64,000 nt of DNA from Yuukianura sp. NJ FZ-2021 (GCA_046563655.1 CM102287.1:5766001-5830000); one strand, 5' to 3'. Shown: positions 24,701 through 39,709, counted from the stretch's first letter. A program made the numbers and translations. Notes: generated from the sequence alone by a model not told the origin.

Positions 24701-27700
24701 AAATTAGGACACACTTCCCACTCTTTCTCCAGAAGTGGCACACTTACTTTCACTTGAACTTTCCTTTCAAATAAGTCAAATCCAGGAAGAAAGTTTTGCT
24801 CAAACTTCATTTCTCCTTTTTGTTAACCTTTTTTTAAAAAAAGAGCAGAAGAAACCTAAACAAAAATTGTGTTACATTACAACAGAAGCCTAGTTTCGTT
24901 TTTGAAGATTTTGGAAAGTGTCAAATTTAAATGGTGTTTCGAGGTCATGTGGAGAGTTAACTTTTCATTTTTATATTTGAAAAATTCAAATTTCTTTTTA
25001 ATCCGTTTTCTCTTCTTTTCTATCAACTACAAAAACTTTTTCCCTTGTAAAAATGAGCATAGTCAAGTCAACTCAAGAGAGTCCTAAATTGAACCCAAAT
25101 GGGAGATTAAGTCTCTAGTCCTATTATTAGGTTTTCTCCACGTCTTCCTCGGCCTCTTTTTTTTACAGTTTTATTTTTTTCAAAAAGAAATTCACAAAAA
25201 AAATTCTTCAGCGGCCGGATTTTGAACTTTCCCCGGGTAACCTTTCTTGGAGTGGGCGTGCGGAAGGAATAAAACCACTTTTCTGTATTAAAATTTTACA
25301 TTCGGTCTCTCTAAGCTAATTAAAAGGAGAAGGCGGATTCACCCTTTCCCCCGGGGGTCTGGAAAAAAAATTCATGAAATTTCATGAATTGTGAAATTGC
25401 CGGGAAAGCTAGGAGAAAGTCTATGTAACACATTGGAGACTCACGGATTTCCATGCTAAGAGCCCCAGCATGGAACCAAAACCCTCCAACAAACGAAAGA
25501 ACGTGTGGACATGAATTTTTTTTGCCCACGACTAACCCTTGTATCTCCTATGTCTTCAAGTCACACAAGAAGATACAAACAGCTTTACGTTTTTTGGCAG
25601 CCCTAAATTATGAGAAATTGTTTACAATATTTTCCTGAAAGGTGTCAAAAACTAAAGAGTGGAGGGCCCTAGAGTGTTTGGAGTGTTGAGTCTAGTAGGT
25701 CGTAAATGGAAAAAGGGGCTCCATGTGATTTCACTTAATGGAGAAAGTCTGCTGGCGCACTTTCTCCATCTTCATCAACTTCCTCCATAAACAGAGAAAG
25801 CCATTAGTTCCCCGGTTTCAAAGTTTTACAAAAGATGAGTCAAAGAGACGACAAAACACCCCCGCACCCAACCTTTGTTTACATTAACATAACCTTTAAC
25901 AAAACACTTCTTCCGAGAAAACTGAAATTAAGCTGTTAATCATTTCTCAACTACTGCATTTACAACTTTCACTCCAACTGTTTTAACCTTTACGTGACCC
26001 GCACCTTTCACTTCTCATTTTTACCTTTTAACCCTCATTAGTTTTTAAACAAGTCTTTCAGTTTTACGTGATTTTTACAACTTTTCACTTAAACCAAACT
26101 AACGGAATTTGTGTAAAAGAGATTTCTGGCGCTTATAATGTTGAACAACTAACTTAACGTAGCTTCAGCTAACGTTAGAACCGGATTGTCCATTTTTAAT
26201 TGGACGCAGTTTGGATTCTGAAGTGGGTTATACACAGCATTAGGTTTTAAGTAGTGAACGTTGAGAAGTGGGCTTTACATGTGATAAAGTGACAGACTGT
26301 TACTTTGAAGAGGGCGTGGGCCGAATGCGGATGAATGATTTAGAACCCAAAATAACCCGGATAGTCGTTAGCTTCTCTGTTTTCTGGAGGAAGGGCAATG
26401 AATTATCCAGGAAGTTACATGGTGAGTACACCTTCATTCCTGGAGACATGAAAGGGAAAGCCACAGGTGAAAGCGGCTAAGGGGTGACGCAGAGGGAGTA
26501 AATACGCAAACAAAATTTCATCACAAGAAAGCCCCTTGAACCCAAAACAGAAGCCACGCACCATGAAATTCTCAGACTTTTCGAAAAAAAAACAAGTTTT
26601 GGCGGGCTGAAGCAGCGGACAAGTAGTCACACTTTACGCTTCCTTGAGTCAGAGGGGAGTGGGAGGTTTGTTTGCACTGTTTGACCTCAGTTCTTTTGAA
26701 CGAATAAGGTCAATCTTGTTTTTGGAAATGGCGGGAAATGTAGAAGTTGATTTTGAACGTAGGGACGAGAAATTAAGATGGACTGAGCCATGCAGGAAGT
26801 GGAAGACAGTGGGAAGCCAAAGTTTGCTTTCTCTCCTTTGTTTAACTTCCTCTTGCCCCACTAATCCTTCCACTGAATTTCTCATTTCCTCTGCCCCACG
26901 TCCACAGGCCCACCGGCCCTAAATTGTACCACAGGACTAATGTAATCTTTGTGTGTTAAAGTTATAGTACTACTATTATGTGGTTAGATTGAAACTTGAT
27001 GGTAGACTGTACCACCAGGAGTTAAAAACTTCAGTTTTGCTATTTTATTATTCCTATTTACTTAACATAGGGAGCCTAGGGATTAAGACTTATGATTAAT
27101 TGTGGATCTGACTCGTAATTAAGTTCCGCTTCAACCCCTGCGTGGGAATTATTATGGATTTATTAACAGTTATTAAATAAATACCATGAGGCAATATTCT
27201 TGGAAAAAACTCCATCTTTCACTCATCAGCCACGGCATTTTCATTATTCATTCAATTTTTTTTATATATTTGAAATTTTTGAAAACTGAAAATATGAGCG
27301 TCTTTTTGTAAAACAAAATCAGAGTGTGGCTGGCTGATTCATTTGAACGGCCAGAATTATTTGAACATTAAATTCAAAAATCAAGTAATTAAAGCCGCTG
27401 GGTGTTTAACACCTTTGTGTCGCTCGGTGTTGCACGAAGTCCTGTGCTCCAACTTTTGAAACCAAAGTTAATTTTCATTGTCCATTGACGGAAGGATGTT
27501 GAAGTGACAAAGTGAAAGCGTGTGCTTTTATCCATCTCAGATCCTGACAACGTGTCAGTCAACGTGACGTTCAACGGAGGTTACTTCGGTAATGCCTTCC
27601 GGAACGACCTCCCACCTTCCGCACCGTCAGTACTTCTGACAAGGGCTGACAGAGTACTGGCGGTGTGCTTGTAACGGGAAACTGCAGTGGCACTGTTTTA

Positions 27701-30700
27701 GCAACTTTTGCATGTTGTTGTCAGCACAGAAAATGACAAATTGCTTTTCTCGGACAGGAAATGACTTTTCTTCTTAAAAAAAACTCCACTTCCGATTGGG
27801 ATCCTGACAGGTTGAGGTGTTGGCATTTTTTTCCAGAAGCCTATGAAAATGTCCTTGAATTGTTCGGAAAATTGTTCGAAAACTTTAGCAAATAATGGAA
27901 TGTTCATAACCTTTGTCATTTTTCTAGCAAAAGGGCCTTGACCTCGGATGGCCCAACTCTTTCTCCACATTCCAATTACTTCCATTGAAAACGCACATGA
28001 CTCCTTCGTTAGATTAGACTCAGAATTCGCATCATTGCGAAAACTTGGTCCATGAGTTTAGCATTGGGGCAGAGGCGGAGTGCGGAACTTTCTCCCATGT
28101 GCTTTCTTTTTTGTTGGTTAACCTGCTGGGGATGTTGAAACGCTTTGAATTGGGTAAGTGACAAACCTAACCTCAAATTTGAAAAAAAAATGTTCAAAAA
28201 TGTGCAAAAGGAGCCTCCGTTTCCGTGTCATCGATGATCAACCTGGGTGGAAACGGAGGGATTGATAGCCTTTGACATTATTAGTCTTTCTGATGTTTCC
28301 ATTCCTAACGCAATCGAATCAAATTATGCTCCAAGAAGTTTCAATACACTGATCCCATTCCCAAAGTCACTCCCAATTAAATGGACTTGGAAAAAGTAGT
28401 GGGCTAAACAGAAAGTTTCTCTACGCAACGCATCAGTCGGAACACATTTGGTGTAGCTTACGTTTGGTTGACACAGCAAACCACAAGTAAGTGTGTAGAA
28501 ATTATAGAAACGGGTGGGAGAAATAAGTTAGTACCTAGCTGATTGCTCAAATGCGCCTGAATGAAAACTTCTTTTTCTAACTTTCACCAAGCAAACAAGA
28601 AACTTTTGAGTGAAAAAGAAACTTTTTCCAAACGTTCAAATTTTTTCTTGCAATTTTTAAGTTTTTTTTGTTGAAACGTTAATTAGTATAAGCTAAAATA
28701 ATCTTGTTTAGGTTTTATCGTTCGTTTCGATTCAGACGAAAAAGTATTGCAATGTAATGTTCATGGTTTTTGAAGCCTTCCAAATTCAGTTTCAGCTTTA
28801 AAATGATTCCCGCGCTTTCCAGATTCGGACAATGTTGAGTTCGTTTAAATTTGGTTAACCTGCACATGATTTTGTTAATTAAAGGTCTTCCACCCTCTCA
28901 GCTTATCCTTTTGAAGCATCCATTGTATTAAAATCGATCAACAGAACACATTTTTGTGTTTGGTGCTGCATTAGACAAATAGACGTTAATTATTGTCATG
29001 TGTCGTGACGCTCGAAGCTGTAACTTGAGAGCACCTTCTAATCTGTTGCTGTTTGTTAACTTCCTAAATGACGGAAAGTGAAAAAGTTGAGTACGTAGGT
29101 AGGCGTTTTTGTGCCAAATAAGGACAGATTCCCACATTAGTAAGAAGAGGAGTGGAATTGCGTACGAGTTCCTTTGTGAGCTGTTTATTGTTGACTTAAG
29201 CCCCACCACCACCAACCTCCAGTGTCACGAGAGAACAAAGGAATTCGGGGAATTCAGTCTCGGCAAAGGAATAAGGTGTGAGAAGAGACTTTCTCCCACT
29301 TTCAGTCCAATTGAATTTGGGTGTACAGAATCCTACTTTGTACATATGAATCGGATCCTAATCCTCACCATTTACAGCTCCGGCTTTACCAATCCCCTTC
29401 TAGTAGTTGAAAGTTGAACAAATATGGAAATTCTAAGCACACCTTTACAACATTCTTTATTCCTATTTCCTACCTTCCAAGAAACGTGGAACGGAGAAAG
29501 AAGTTTGTGGGACTTTGGAGAGAACGCAGGATAGAAACTAAACAGAAATATTCTAAGCAACCCAAAATCTTCAATGTGCTTGAGTTATAAGGTTAGTATT
29601 TGTTGAGGCAACATTTAGCACATTACCAATGGTAAACCGGTCCAAAATCTTTGAGTCATGCATCAAAATATTCCCAAAAAATAAAAAAGCATCAAAAATA
29701 TCTCCACGCATCTAGCTCAAAACTCTACGCCCCAAAGAATACAAAAAATCAACAGCGCCAAATACCTAAGCACCAAAAAATAAAAATCTGTGTAGCTAAA
29801 GTCAAAAGCACAGGAAAAAATAATAATCAACAAAAATCTATGCATCCAAAATTTCCGTATCAAGGATCAAGACGCCTACAAATTTAGGAAAAAAAAAAGC
29901 TCCATGCGTTATCATTAATCTGAATCTAAAATTTAGTCATCAATGCGTCTGCACAAGCAGACGAGAAAGAAAGCTTTGTCTATAAATCCAACCGCACCAT
30001 GTAATGTGAAATAGTGCTTAGCGTTTAGACTGTGCTTGCAATTCTTTACATAAGTGAGTTTAGATTAAAGTAAAATTTGGTTAGATTAGGTATAATCACG
30101 CTGAATGGTACTTTCTTGCTTTGGTCTGTTGAAAATTTGTGTGCTTAAGTAATTGTTGCCTACATTTTGGTGCTGAAATGGTGCGTTAGGTTAGGTGGGG
30201 GCGGTGAAAAAAGTACTTTGGGAGAGTGAAAGTCCTGCAGGGGAAAATGAGGGAATGAATCTGGTTCTGTTGACGTCATGGCGTGGGTCCCAGGGGCTTA
30301 AAAGTCCCTTATTTTCCTGTTTCAGTTACACCGTCCTCCTGTGGATCGTCTTTCGTTTTTTTCTTCCAAAGAAAACGCAGACTAACACAACCCTTGGTTT
30401 AGAAGAGCTTAAGTCCTCCGCACTTTCACTCCAGCAAGAAAAGACACGGAACACACCAATCCCCCCAAACACCTTTCTCTCCCTCTTCAACTTACTTCAA
30501 GTGTCGCACAAGAATCTGGGATTCTGAAGTGTAAAAATAGAAAACTTTCACCTAGGCTTCATTCTGCTTCTGCCGAGGCCCAAAACCACACAGTTTTCAA
30601 CTTTCCTAACCAACCCAATTCCTCCGAGTAACAGTTCAAAATGGTTTGAATCCAAATCCAATTTCAAAAAAAGTTCAAAATCTTGAAAAGTACTTGAACA

Positions 30701-32260
30701 AAAGGGCTAAAAAATTCTATACCAATTGATACATGCTTTCAGAAATAAACCAAACCAATAACATTTCACTTTCACTACGGTTTTCTTAAGCCATGCACAT
30801 CTGAACAAAAATTTGTTAAATTTAGCAACCACCCACACAATTTTGCAGTTGCGAGTGGCGTTAAATTCAATCTAACTAAACGAGAGTTTTTGATTTCGTG
30901 TGGAGGGATTTTTGTTTCAAATTGAAACTTTCAATTTGACTTGTTGTTGAATTGAAAGTTGAATAAATTATACATTCTAATTCAAAATTCTATGCATAAG
31001 AACTTTTTTACAGTAACGTTCGATTGTTAATGTTGCAAAAATATCGATACGATGGGTTACTGCTTACGTGATTTTTTTCAAGTAATTTTTCAGTTGTTGT
31101 AAAAAAAAACTTGTTTTGAATTTTGTATTGAAAAAAAAATCAGTTTTAACCACATTTCTTGTGAAATGATACCTTACTGACGTAGGTAGGTTTGGATGAA
31201 TGTGGGCTACGCTACGGTAAGTAGGAAGGTGTCAAAGCTTAAGATGAGGTTCCATGCTGTGCCTTCTTTTTAGTTTCGTCGTCATTTTCTTTCCATTGTC
31301 ATGATGGCAGTGTCTCCCGGGTTTTTCAACAGGAAAATGGATGTCACCTACCTATCCCAAACACATAAGGCTCCACTAACATGTCTGTTTTTCACGCTTA
31401 GTTTCCCAAACCACCTTCCAATCAATCTTCCAGAAATCTGACTCCGCTGTGGGCTTACACTTGAACAGGGAAGTTGAGCCAAAACGAAGCAGATTTAGAA
31501 AAGCGCTTTTAAAATCCTCCCACAACTTTCTCTGAAACGACTTTCACTAACCACAGCCTCATCTTTCGCGCCTCACGACCAAACTCAGCCTTCAACTAAA
31601 AATCTTGGAAAGCTTAATCCTCACTTACTCTCAAAAAGAATTTAACTTTAATTTAGTAAAAGTTCAAAGAGATGATGTGTTTAGTCGCAAACTGAAATCA
31701 CATTTCAACTGAAATGCCAAAATTCTAAATTATACTTTCTTTTTTCGACTAAGCCGAAATTCATTCATTCATAAGGGTTGCCGTAGATCGGAATTTGTTT
31801 GAAATTAGTTAGAATTGAATTGCTTGTAGGCGTAAGGCCTAATGAGGTATTTGGAAATGTGCAAAGAAATTTTTAAAAAACTGAACTTTCTCTCATACTG
31901 TCTACCAACTGTCTTCTACTTCTCTTTTTAAAGAAAAACTGTAAATACTGCGACCTTATTTTTAGAAAAAGCAATTAAGAGTTTGTTTCTTTTGTTTATT
32001 CTCATAGTTGCTTTCACAAAGTTTGAATTCAATTTTAAGACTTTGAGCTAGAATCTACGGGAAACAAATAACAGAGATTGGAAGGACATTCGCAGTCGGC
32101 TTGTTCTGAATTGAAGAAATTAAGACAGGCTAAAAAAGTAGAACAGACAAATTGAAGCGGGGGCAGAAAACGAAGCTTATTATTTCTTACAAACTTTGGA
32201 CAAATTGTTTCCGTAGTCTAAGCTACTGCCTTGCATAACCATTCGTCAATAGTAAGTAGT

Positions 32261-35200
32261 TTAGTAAGAGTAGGTGTACTTGGGGGCGGAGAAACTAGTT
32301 GAAAACACTGCTGCTGGTGCATGAGCCTTAACCACTTGCTGAACTGGAGCTGCCTGGGCATAAATGGCTGGCCCGGCTGGTTGAGCGTAAACGGCTGGAG
32401 CGACAGCTTTTACGACTGGAGCTGGCTGGGCGTAAACGGCTGGAGCTGGCTGGGCATAAACGGCTGGAGCTGCATGAGCATACACGGGTTGAGCTACGGT
32501 CTTTACGACTGGAGCTGGTTGAGCGTAAACGGCTTGCTGAGCGTAAACGGCTGGAGCGACTGCCTTTACGACTGGAGCTGGTTGGTAGTAAGCTGGAGCA
32601 ACGGCTTTGACGACTGCTGGTTGAACGGCCTTCACAACAGTAGCGCCGGTTCGGTCAACAACAGCGTTGAAGCCCTGCAATCAATTTGCCAAAAATCAAT
32701 TACAAAAATTCAAAATACTCAAAAAACTGTATGCTGTCAATATTTAATAAAATTTTGAATAAAAACCTAATTTTACATAACACTCACGTTGATTGGATCA
32801 GCAGTGTAAGTGACAGTACGGATGGCTCCATCAGGTTCGACCAAGGAATACTGTCCCTTCACAACATCTCCGTCTCTTGTTTCCTATAACATTCCAATTA
32901 CTTCAATTTCAGCAAAGATCAAGAAAAATTCTGTCTTTGACCTAAGATGACTTACAGATGCTGATTTTTGATCTCCTGTAAGTCCATCTGAAACTGAGTA
33001 GGAATAGGAGTAAGCTGGATTTGGGTCATAGGGCTCTGCGACGACATTTTTCACAGCGACTGGAGCTACGGCTTTGACGACATGTTGTGGCTGGGCATAA
33101 ACAACTGGCTGCGCTACCTAAAAAATTTTTTAAAGGTATTTGTTTACTAAATTGCTTTATTATTTCTCTTAGGTTTTCAGTGTGCAACTTCGTTTGACAC
33201 CTCACGCGTGCACTTTTTCTGCACAAATTGGTTAAATGAAGCTTATTTCTCAGTAATGCAACCATTTTTTAAAGTTTTAGTTTTCACTCAAGTCGCGAAA
33301 ACACTTTTCTTTAAATTGCAACTGAAAGAATAATTGCATTGATATTCTGAACATTTTGCACTAAAATTTCCAAATTACTTTCATTTGTTCATATATTTTT
33401 TTGAAACTTTATCTGGTTTGATTCAAATAAAAAGTCCAGCTTATGCTAAATCAAGCCAACTTCGTCAAGATTCTGAAGTTGTTAATTTTTCTTTGAAAAA
33501 GAAGGCCAAAAAATATCCTATAACAATTCATATTTTAGTTTAGCTTTCGTTAAAAATCAAAAAGTCAAAAAATTGTATGTATTATGTTAACAATTTTAAA
33601 TCTTCATTCTATGAATGAAAAACTCCCTAATTTTGAAAATAGAAACTTTTGTTATAATGAGCTTAGCGAACAGTTCGAATAACTTGTTCTTTTCTTGGAA
33701 ATCGCCTCGCAGTGTGGTATTTTTTTTAAAACAGAAAACACAAACTTCGAACCCAAAAATTTTAAACTTAAACAATTGATTTCTCAAAAGTTACAGTTCA
33801 AAAATTACCTTAACTGCAGGTTGAGCATAGGCAATAGGCGCTGGTGCAGCAGCTACCGTCTGCATCAAAAAACGTAAAAAATTAGCATGACCTCTTGACC
33901 TTTTACTTTATGTTAGGTCATGTCCTTTCATCATCATCCGTATTTGTCTTATTTCGGTTTTTATTAGGTTAGGTTAGGAAATCTTTCATGACCTAAGCGT
34001 CTTTAGAAGCTATGTTTACTCTTTTTTGAATTAAAGAGCCTTTTATTTTTAAAACCTAAAGAGGACAATTTTTAAAATTTAAGGAAATGGAAAATTGAAC
34101 TTTCATTTTATAAAAATTTCCTGGAAGAACGCTTTGATCATTGGGATGGAACGGAAGAGACAGAACCAGAAATGGCTCTGAGCCTCTGGTCGTCTGTCCT
34201 ACGTGTGTTTTCCCATTTCACTTTCCCCTGCTCAAAGAAAGCCAAGAAATTGAATTATTTGGCTTGTTTAGTTCTGGTGCGGAAGTTCAGACAGGACCAA
34301 ATCCCCAGTGTAAACAAAGATGAAGTGGAGGAGGCAAACAAAACAGAGAGGAAAAGGCTACAGCACTGCGGATGGGACCTTGTGCCAATTCATGTAGCCA
34401 TAGAACCACCTTTTCCACTGACAGCCGGATACCCGCATAAGAGAACTCCACATTTATAATCATTATTGGGGATCATGACTCAAGAAGAGGTCAAAGGTCA
34501 ACTTTTAAGTGACACTTTTAGATACAAAACCCTGATACAAAAAGAAAAACTTTTTACATTTCTCACTGTTATGTCTTGGATTAAGGTTAGGATGGACTCG
34601 TAACCCTAATGACGTTAAGGTAAAAGCAGGGCTGCTGTAAGGTGAAAGTTTTCGGAAAACTGAGACCTTTACGTTAGGTTTGGCCTAACTTAAACCGCCA
34701 ACATCAAAAAACTCTTTCTCCCTGTACTCGAACTTTTTTTTTGGGTGAAAGTTCTCTGTGCTTGTCAGCGGAGTTGCCGGAAGAACAGTGCAAAAAATTG
34801 GCACAATGGGATTCCGGAAGAGGTTGGCAAAAGTTCTAAAAATAGCAAATGCAGTACCAACGCTACAGTACAAACTTTGTCCAGAGATGTTACGCGTGTC
34901 GCCGATCACAATGCGAGAAACCCCAAAAGTATTTTTTTATACGTAAAAAACGGAAAGTTCTTTGAGAACGAAACTGAAATTTGCAAAATCGTCAAGAAAA
35001 AAACCGGGTAATAGTTTTAGCGGCATAAAAGAGCGCCGAATTTGCAAGTGAAGGCGCTATATGAAATGTACTCACGTTATACGATTGGTAGTAGGGCTGT
35101 TGGTAGTACTGTTGAGGGTACTAGAAATCATTAAGGTAACAAACAATAAGTTATACTTTTCATTTTACCAATTCTGCACCCATTTCGCAATAATGTTCAC

Positions 35201-35603
35201 TTTGTGCAAAAAATTGCACACAAAAGCACTTTTAGATTATCTCTTACCTGAACGGCAGCCGGTGCTCCGGAATAAGTGTAGGTGACACCCGTTGGAACTC
35301 CGACGGCCGTGGCGACCAGCGATGCCAAAACTACTGGAATAATCTGAAATGACAATTACAAACATAGTAGTGTTAACAACAAACATCTCGGGATAAAATA
35401 TCTCGAACAAATCTCAAGGTAAAATATCTCGCACAAACTATCTCAAGAGAAAATATCTTCAACAAACTATCCCTGTGACCTATCACAGTTCTAGAGGTTA
35501 GGTTGGGCTAGAGATATTTTAGGCGAGACATTTAGGTTGAAACGTATTATATTATGGACCAAAGCACAAAGGAAAACAAATGAGTTCACACCTTGGAGTA
35601 CAT
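32261..35603 (-). CDS. Cuticle protein, RR-2 chitin-binding domain, with AAP(A/V)/YAQPAP repeats, 276 aa, 6 exons
   Basis: Exons 35603-35592 (MYSK), 35343-35248 (signal peptide), 33859-33809, 33117-32956, 32883-32788 and 32674-32261. Contains [59 protein letters not shown], a canonical RR-2 motif. Confidence 0.93.
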
Positions 35604-35781
35604 TATGGCGGTTGAGAAAACTTCTGGAATGGGGCTGATGCGTCGTTACCGTTGTTCTTTGTTGCTCTTTTAGTTCGCGCGTCTCGTTACACTTTCCACA
35701 GAAAACCTGATACTTCGTCGTCAGTTATGTTTTTGTTGGAGATCAAAGAACAAGTTTGATGGGTTTATGAAATTGGAAGCC

Positions 35782-35788
35782 TTTTATA
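35782..35788 (-). promoter_or_regulatory. Candidate TATA box of the RR-2 cuticle gene
   Basis: TATAAAA on the minus strand about 180 nt upstream of the ATG. Confidence 0.5.
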
Positions 35789-38700
35789 CGTTACTCTCAC
35801 TTTTTAAGGGCTCCCATGTCTCCTGCCCAAGGGAGTCCTAAGCACACATAACCCTAACATAACATACACTTCTAACATAACATAAGCATAACATAAAGGA
35901 GTAGACGAAGAGATGTTTACTAAAAGACAAAGGGAGATTAATGTAGTATGTAGAACTAGTCCATAAAAAGTGACTCCTCCAAGTCATCCCAATCTTAATT
36001 AGTCAAAGTGATGCAACAAACGGGATCACCTGTAATTATCGTCCATAACTTCTAGGCGTTGAGATTGAGACGCAAGTGGAATTTGGCAATGGGCGTGGTG
36101 CGTCTGTCTCAGTCTAATTCAGAAGCATTAGCATTTAAGTGTTGTTCAAATCCTTTGTTTTCTAAAGGAAATAAAATGGAAGAGTCAAGTGTGTTTTTTC
36201 TGAATCAGAGATGTTACAAAACAATTTCAAGGGAACTTGTACTGGCAATGTCAAATGATGTAACACCTACCCTACATAATACGTTATTCTGCACTTTGAA
36301 TTTTCAAACGTTTTTAATTACTCTCGTAAATCAATTCCACATGTTTGCAAAAACAGGAATTAGTTGTTTTTTGGCCTTCAACGTGTAACAGTCATCGGCA
36401 ATTCATCACTAATGATTTGCTCCAGTTTACACTTATTAAATGTCAGCTCTTACAAGATCAATCGAATAATGAAATACAAAAGAGACAACAACTTTATAAT
36501 GAAATGCAAAAAAAGATTACTACTTTGCAAACAATTTTTCAACAAAGTGTACCGTAAAGCCTCTAATAAACGCCCGGGCGTTGGTTTATTATTCCAAGCA
36601 AAAAAATACTCAATTCTGTCATAACTTTTTTTCAAATTCAACAGGTATTGGTACAACAAAATTGGTTCAGACGAAGTTTATTTTGATCAAAAACGAAATT
36701 TGGTATTTTAGAGTTAATTGATTGTAGCACGTTTTCGGGTTTGTTTTCAAAAGATTTTGAAAACCGGTGTTTGAGAATCGCTAAACGTTAAATTTTTAAT
36801 CAAAACCAATCAATAGTTGTCCAACAAGGTTGAGCAAACTCAAAACAAGGTCGAAGGATATTATGAAACTGAATTTTTGAAAAGGTCAAACAACAATTTC
36901 AGGCAACTACAAGTTTTTTTAAGCTAAAAAGTAAACTTTTAGGCAAGAACATCACTCCCCTTCCTCCTTCCCTCGTCTTTCACTTTTAATTTTGCCTTCC
37001 TTAACTTAATTATCCTGTCAACTTTTGCGGAAGTTTAACTTTGTTACGTTTAAATCTTTCTAAGTAAAAAAAAAGTCAAAAAAGTTATCCCTCTTACTAA
37101 AAACTTATTTTGACAACTTTGCATCTCTCCACTCTTTTTGTTTTTACCTGAGGACAAACTTTGCTTTTTTTTTAAACTTTTTAGATTCTAAAAGATTTCA
37201 AAACTTCTTCTATTGTTTGAATTTTTTCTTTTTTTTTATAACAATGAAACCGACAGTTTCCGTTACATAGATCTCTTCATTTAGAAATATTCAAAACACC
37301 TTGCTTCGTACAATTTAGCTTTTGCATAGCTTAACTTCTAGATGTTCCTCTTTCATTGTTTCCATCCAAGTCCAAAAATTACTTTTTAGACTCCATTTCC
37401 GCTCTACATTTAAAGTAATTACGAATTCATAAGAATCTTGGGTTTAGGAAATGGAAGACTTGGGATTCATAGTTTTTGTATTACAAAGTCTGTTTAGTGG
37501 GCTGACAACATGGACTCACATTGCACAATAAATCAGCCCAGTTCAAAAAATCAATTGTTTCTTGTTTGCCCTTTAAAGTTGCGAAATTGGAACAAAAGTC
37601 CAAAATCTCTTTTGCGAAACTTTTTTTTTTGCCAAAATGGAAACACTCTTGATCATTCCTTGGCAAATTCCCTCAACTAAAATTGAATTAACCTAGCTGA
37701 TTAAATTCCAAAAACAACAACAAACAAAACAATGCTTTTAGTTTTAAAGCAACTTTTTGACTAATTTTCACAACACCTACATAAATCAACACCAATTTCA
37801 TACACATACCTATTTGTTCTTCCAAAATCATAATCTTGTACTCATCTCTTGCAAAATTTCAAGTTGGATCTGGGTTTCAGGAGTTCCTGTTTTGGTTTGT
37901 ACTTTTTGAAGTAGCACTTTACGCCTACATTAGCGTGCTCAAAATTCCAAAGGTCAAGGTCTACATGCTTTAAAATTTTCAAAGTATGGTCATTTTATTT
38001 ACGCGTGGCAATATCTCCATCATGCGAAGCCTATTGGAATGAATTCCTCTTTAACTTGCAAAGGGAATCTGGGCGGTGGAAAAGTTGAATTCAAGCTGTC
38101 ATGGACAACAAAAGTAAATTGACAAGTGAATCGAATCAAAATGCACATGTTAGAGACATTGAATTTTGATCTTTCAAAAATAAACCCACTTATATGGTAT
38201 TCACGCGGAAACATTCAAAAACGTGCAAATTTTGAAAACAAGGTTATGTGCTATATTTGGACAAATCCAATAAACTCAAGGATGAAGAGTGACAGCGAAG
38301 AGATTGCGAATACCAATATCGAAGAAATTTCTATTTCTAACTTCAAAATATTTTGCACTACAAAGTTTTGGCCGTACTAGAAAATTTTGTGCTAAAATTT
38401 GTGCACAAGAAATAAGAACTTCGCAAATGGATATTTTAAATTTCTCCAATATTGCTCTTCGGAAATTTTTCCCCAGGATTACTCTTAAAAAATTTAATTT
38501 CAAAAATGCAGGTTGTTAGCCTCTGCGTACTGAATTGCATAATTAGTACACATTCAAAATGTAATTACAGCAGAAGTTAATAAATCATAACAAAAGAGTT
38601 TGTTGGGTAATAGGAGAATTAGCATTTGAATTGAGATCAAATCTACTTCTGCTTATTCCCTAACTTGTCAGTTGTCAAGCACATATTCGATCTCATGTCG

Positions 38701-39590
38701 CACTAAACATTCGTCTTCTATGAACACCAAGCCAAGAGATGCTTTTGAAAGATTTTGTTCAGTTAGTTAATTAATTTTCACACCTTGAGAGCTACTTTGT
38801 TTTCAACTAATAAACTGACGCAGTAAACTGCCAAAGGGTATGACACATTGAACATCGCTTTTGATCCAATTCTTACAGGTCCAAGGTTAGCTTGTTACCT
38901 AACCTAAATATAAAGTCAAAGTCCTGTATGTGGACACATTTAAAGCGTGTCGATTCAATTTCATGATCTCTTCGGATTAATTGATCAATTAAACAATTTT
39001 ACTCAAATTTAATGAACCTCTTTGAATTCCACACGTTAACTTCTGCCACCCATTAATTATAATCGATCCATTTGAGACGCTTTTGTCAATTTAAATGTTA
39101 CACACTTTTGCTAAAAAGTGTTTGCGAGCGTATAATTTTGAGAGCGTTTGTTTGATATCAAATTTCAAATGTTGCTTAAAATCATAGTAATTATTACAAA
39201 GGGCAAGGACCTTAATTCAAAATTACAAGTGAATAGCATTGCAAAAGAGGAGTTAGGTGTGTTTTGCAAAATGAAATTGTAACAACACTGAAGAGGTGGC
39301 AATGAAAACTTGTTTTTCCAAAATGAAATTGAGAAAATGTTTGTTGATTTCTATTTTTGGAAAAGTACACACTACGACTGCTGTAACTTGGCTAACATTG
39401 ACTCTAACAATTCCAAAAAGGAAGAAGATGTTTCCAATAAAATTTAGAAAGTTGTTTTTTCACAATTTGGGAAAAATGTGGCTCAAGGACACACGTAGAC
39501 CCTGCGAAGATTGATGTAAACATGGAAGGTGATGCTAAAAATAGAGGTTTTCTGAGGAAGAAAAGGGTCCAGGGCCCTGGAGAGCTCAAG

Positions 39591-39597
39591 TATATAA
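39591..39597 (+). promoter_or_regulatory. Candidate TATA box of the RR-1 cuticle gene
   Basis: TATATAA about 115 nt upstream of the ATG at 39710. Confidence 0.5.
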
Positions 39598-39709
39598 TAC
39601 ACTTCGACAGATCCACTTCCTCACCAGAATCTACAATCAGACAAGTAGTACTCTCTCAAGAACAAGATCACTTCTCCAGTTTCCAAATTCTGTTCCAAAC
39701 CAATTCCAA

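Noticed and set aside
27389..28197. Chain of minus-strand ORFs suggesting a pseudogene
   Set aside because: Interrupted by stops, with no splice pattern and no recognisable domain.
32321..32758. 145-aa Trp-rich plus-strand ORF
   Set aside because: It is the antisense shadow of the repetitive cuticle-protein exon.
35380..35545. Degenerate aaatatctc repeats with a ttagg centre in cuticle intron 1 (old foldback MITE?)
   Set aside because: The arms are too decayed to define termini or a TSD.
37452..37475. Partial resemblance to miR-7 (tggaagact...)
   Set aside because: The 3' half diverges and there is no complementary arm to form a hairpin.
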